A DNA stretch of 64,000 nucleotides from Leucoraja erinacea (taxonomy: Eukaryota): positions 32,860,001 through 32,924,000 of the forward strand of contig NC_073395.1 of assembly GCF_028641065.1 (NCBI RefSeq), given 5' to 3'. A program made the position numbers and the translations under genes. Positions 62,860 through 64,000 of this stretch are shown here, one piece after another (the stretch's first letter is position 1; every line of letters begins with the position of its first letter). Below the pieces are notes generated by a model. It was not told where the DNA came from and did no database searches. It saw only the letters and a program-made list of their open reading frames with translations.

Positions 62860-63325
62860 ATGTAGGAGGGAACTGCAAATGCTGGTTTAAAACCGAAGAT
62901 AGACACAAAATGCTGGAGTAACTCGGTGGGTCAGGCAGCATCTCTGGAGAAAAAGAGTAGGTGGCGCTTCTGGTCGAGACCCTTCTTCAGACTGAGTCGG
63001 GGGAGAGGGAAACGAGAGATATAGAGAGAGATAAAACAAATGAATGAAATATATGCAAAATAAATAACGATGAGCAAGCTGTGGGCTAGGCGAAAACGAG
63101 TTATAGACAATGAAACTCACAAGGACTACAGTGAAACTAGTCCAATGACAAGTGTGAGGGAGGGACAGAGAGAGAGGGGATGCAAGGGTTACTTTAAAAG
63201 TTAGAGAAATCAATATTCATACTGCTGGGTTGTAAGCTGCCCTAGCGAAATATGAGATGCTGTTCCTCCAATTTGCATTTGGAGAGTGAAGCCAATTGCA
63301 AAATGGAGGAACAGCACCTCATATT
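62860..63325 (-). mobile_element. Penelope-like 3' fragment with a small 5' inversion
   Basis: Same family sequence; short inverted segment around 63265-63325. Confidence 0.78.
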
Positions 63326-64000
63326 TTACAAGATGATACTGTGAAGGTACCTGAAGCAAATTCTCTGACATGCCCACAAAACCTGCCTGCGTAGCAAAGA
63401 GCGTGTTTAGGGTCAACATGCTTCCATTCAAAAGTCTATTTTCTTGTCATGGTGGGGATTAGTGTCCATCATTACATAATTACAAAAAATATATATCTTG
63501 GTGTTCTGAAAGAGTTGTTTGTTTTAAATTTAGAAAGCAGTTATTGCTTAGAAAAGTGATGAGATGACAACCCTTAATAGGGGAATGGTGTAGGAGGGTA
63601 ATCCTTGTTTTTTCAACACAACTCCTTGTCTGCCATCGTCATATCAGCAATATCCCCCTGAATATTCTCCCACTCAATGATGGTATTTCGGAAAGCATTT
63701 CATGTTGAAATATTACAGCTGTGCTTAGTGTATCCAAGGAAGAAAGGATATTTTATGTATTAAGGTTTCCTTGGAATTTGCATTTCACATTAAATTTACT
63801 TTTACCACAAAATAACTTTAGCCGGAGAAACTACATTATTTTAAGAAAATTACGAAACAGTACAGAGAAATTGGGATTCACAATTCGGTCCAAAGTCCCC
63901 ATTTGACTGAGAACATTGACAAGTCAGAATGTTTTGCATGCTCTGAATGAAAACTATAGCTTGAACACAAAGAAACTATGTTTCTCCATTTTATATTTTG

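Overview
Vertebrate genomic DNA, most likely from a cartilaginous fish (skate/ray; inferred from the HE1/V-SINE, CR1 and Penelope repeat content). Almost the whole window is the 5' part of a minus-strand PTPRQ gene. I traced 25 coding exons by hand using GT/AG boundaries and splice phase. Eight exons (26156 down to 2774) correspond to the start of mammalian-type PTPRQ, including its own signal-peptide exon. Seventeen more exons (60281 down to 26516) form an unbroken in-frame chain of about 1047 aa: a second signal peptide, 2 FN3-like repeats, a C-type lectin domain and 7.5 more FN3 repeats. This chain can splice in phase into PTPRQ exon 2, completing the half-FN3 that starts the mammalian protein, which implies a long lectin-bearing isoform and an intronic alternative first exon. 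The introns hold a structurally complete DIRS1 tyrosine-recombinase retrotransposon (17228-21591) whose RT is disabled and which has splice signals that could yield subgenomic mRNAs. They also hold many Penelope-derived repeats with minimal hammerhead-ribozyme motifs, Harbinger and hAT MITEs (one with a ~680-bp internal hairpin, one only 32 bp), a solo LTR, and CR1/L2/Rex-Babar/SINE fragments. Homology calls are from motif recognition, not database searches, and repeat boundaries without a target-site duplication (TSD) are approximate.
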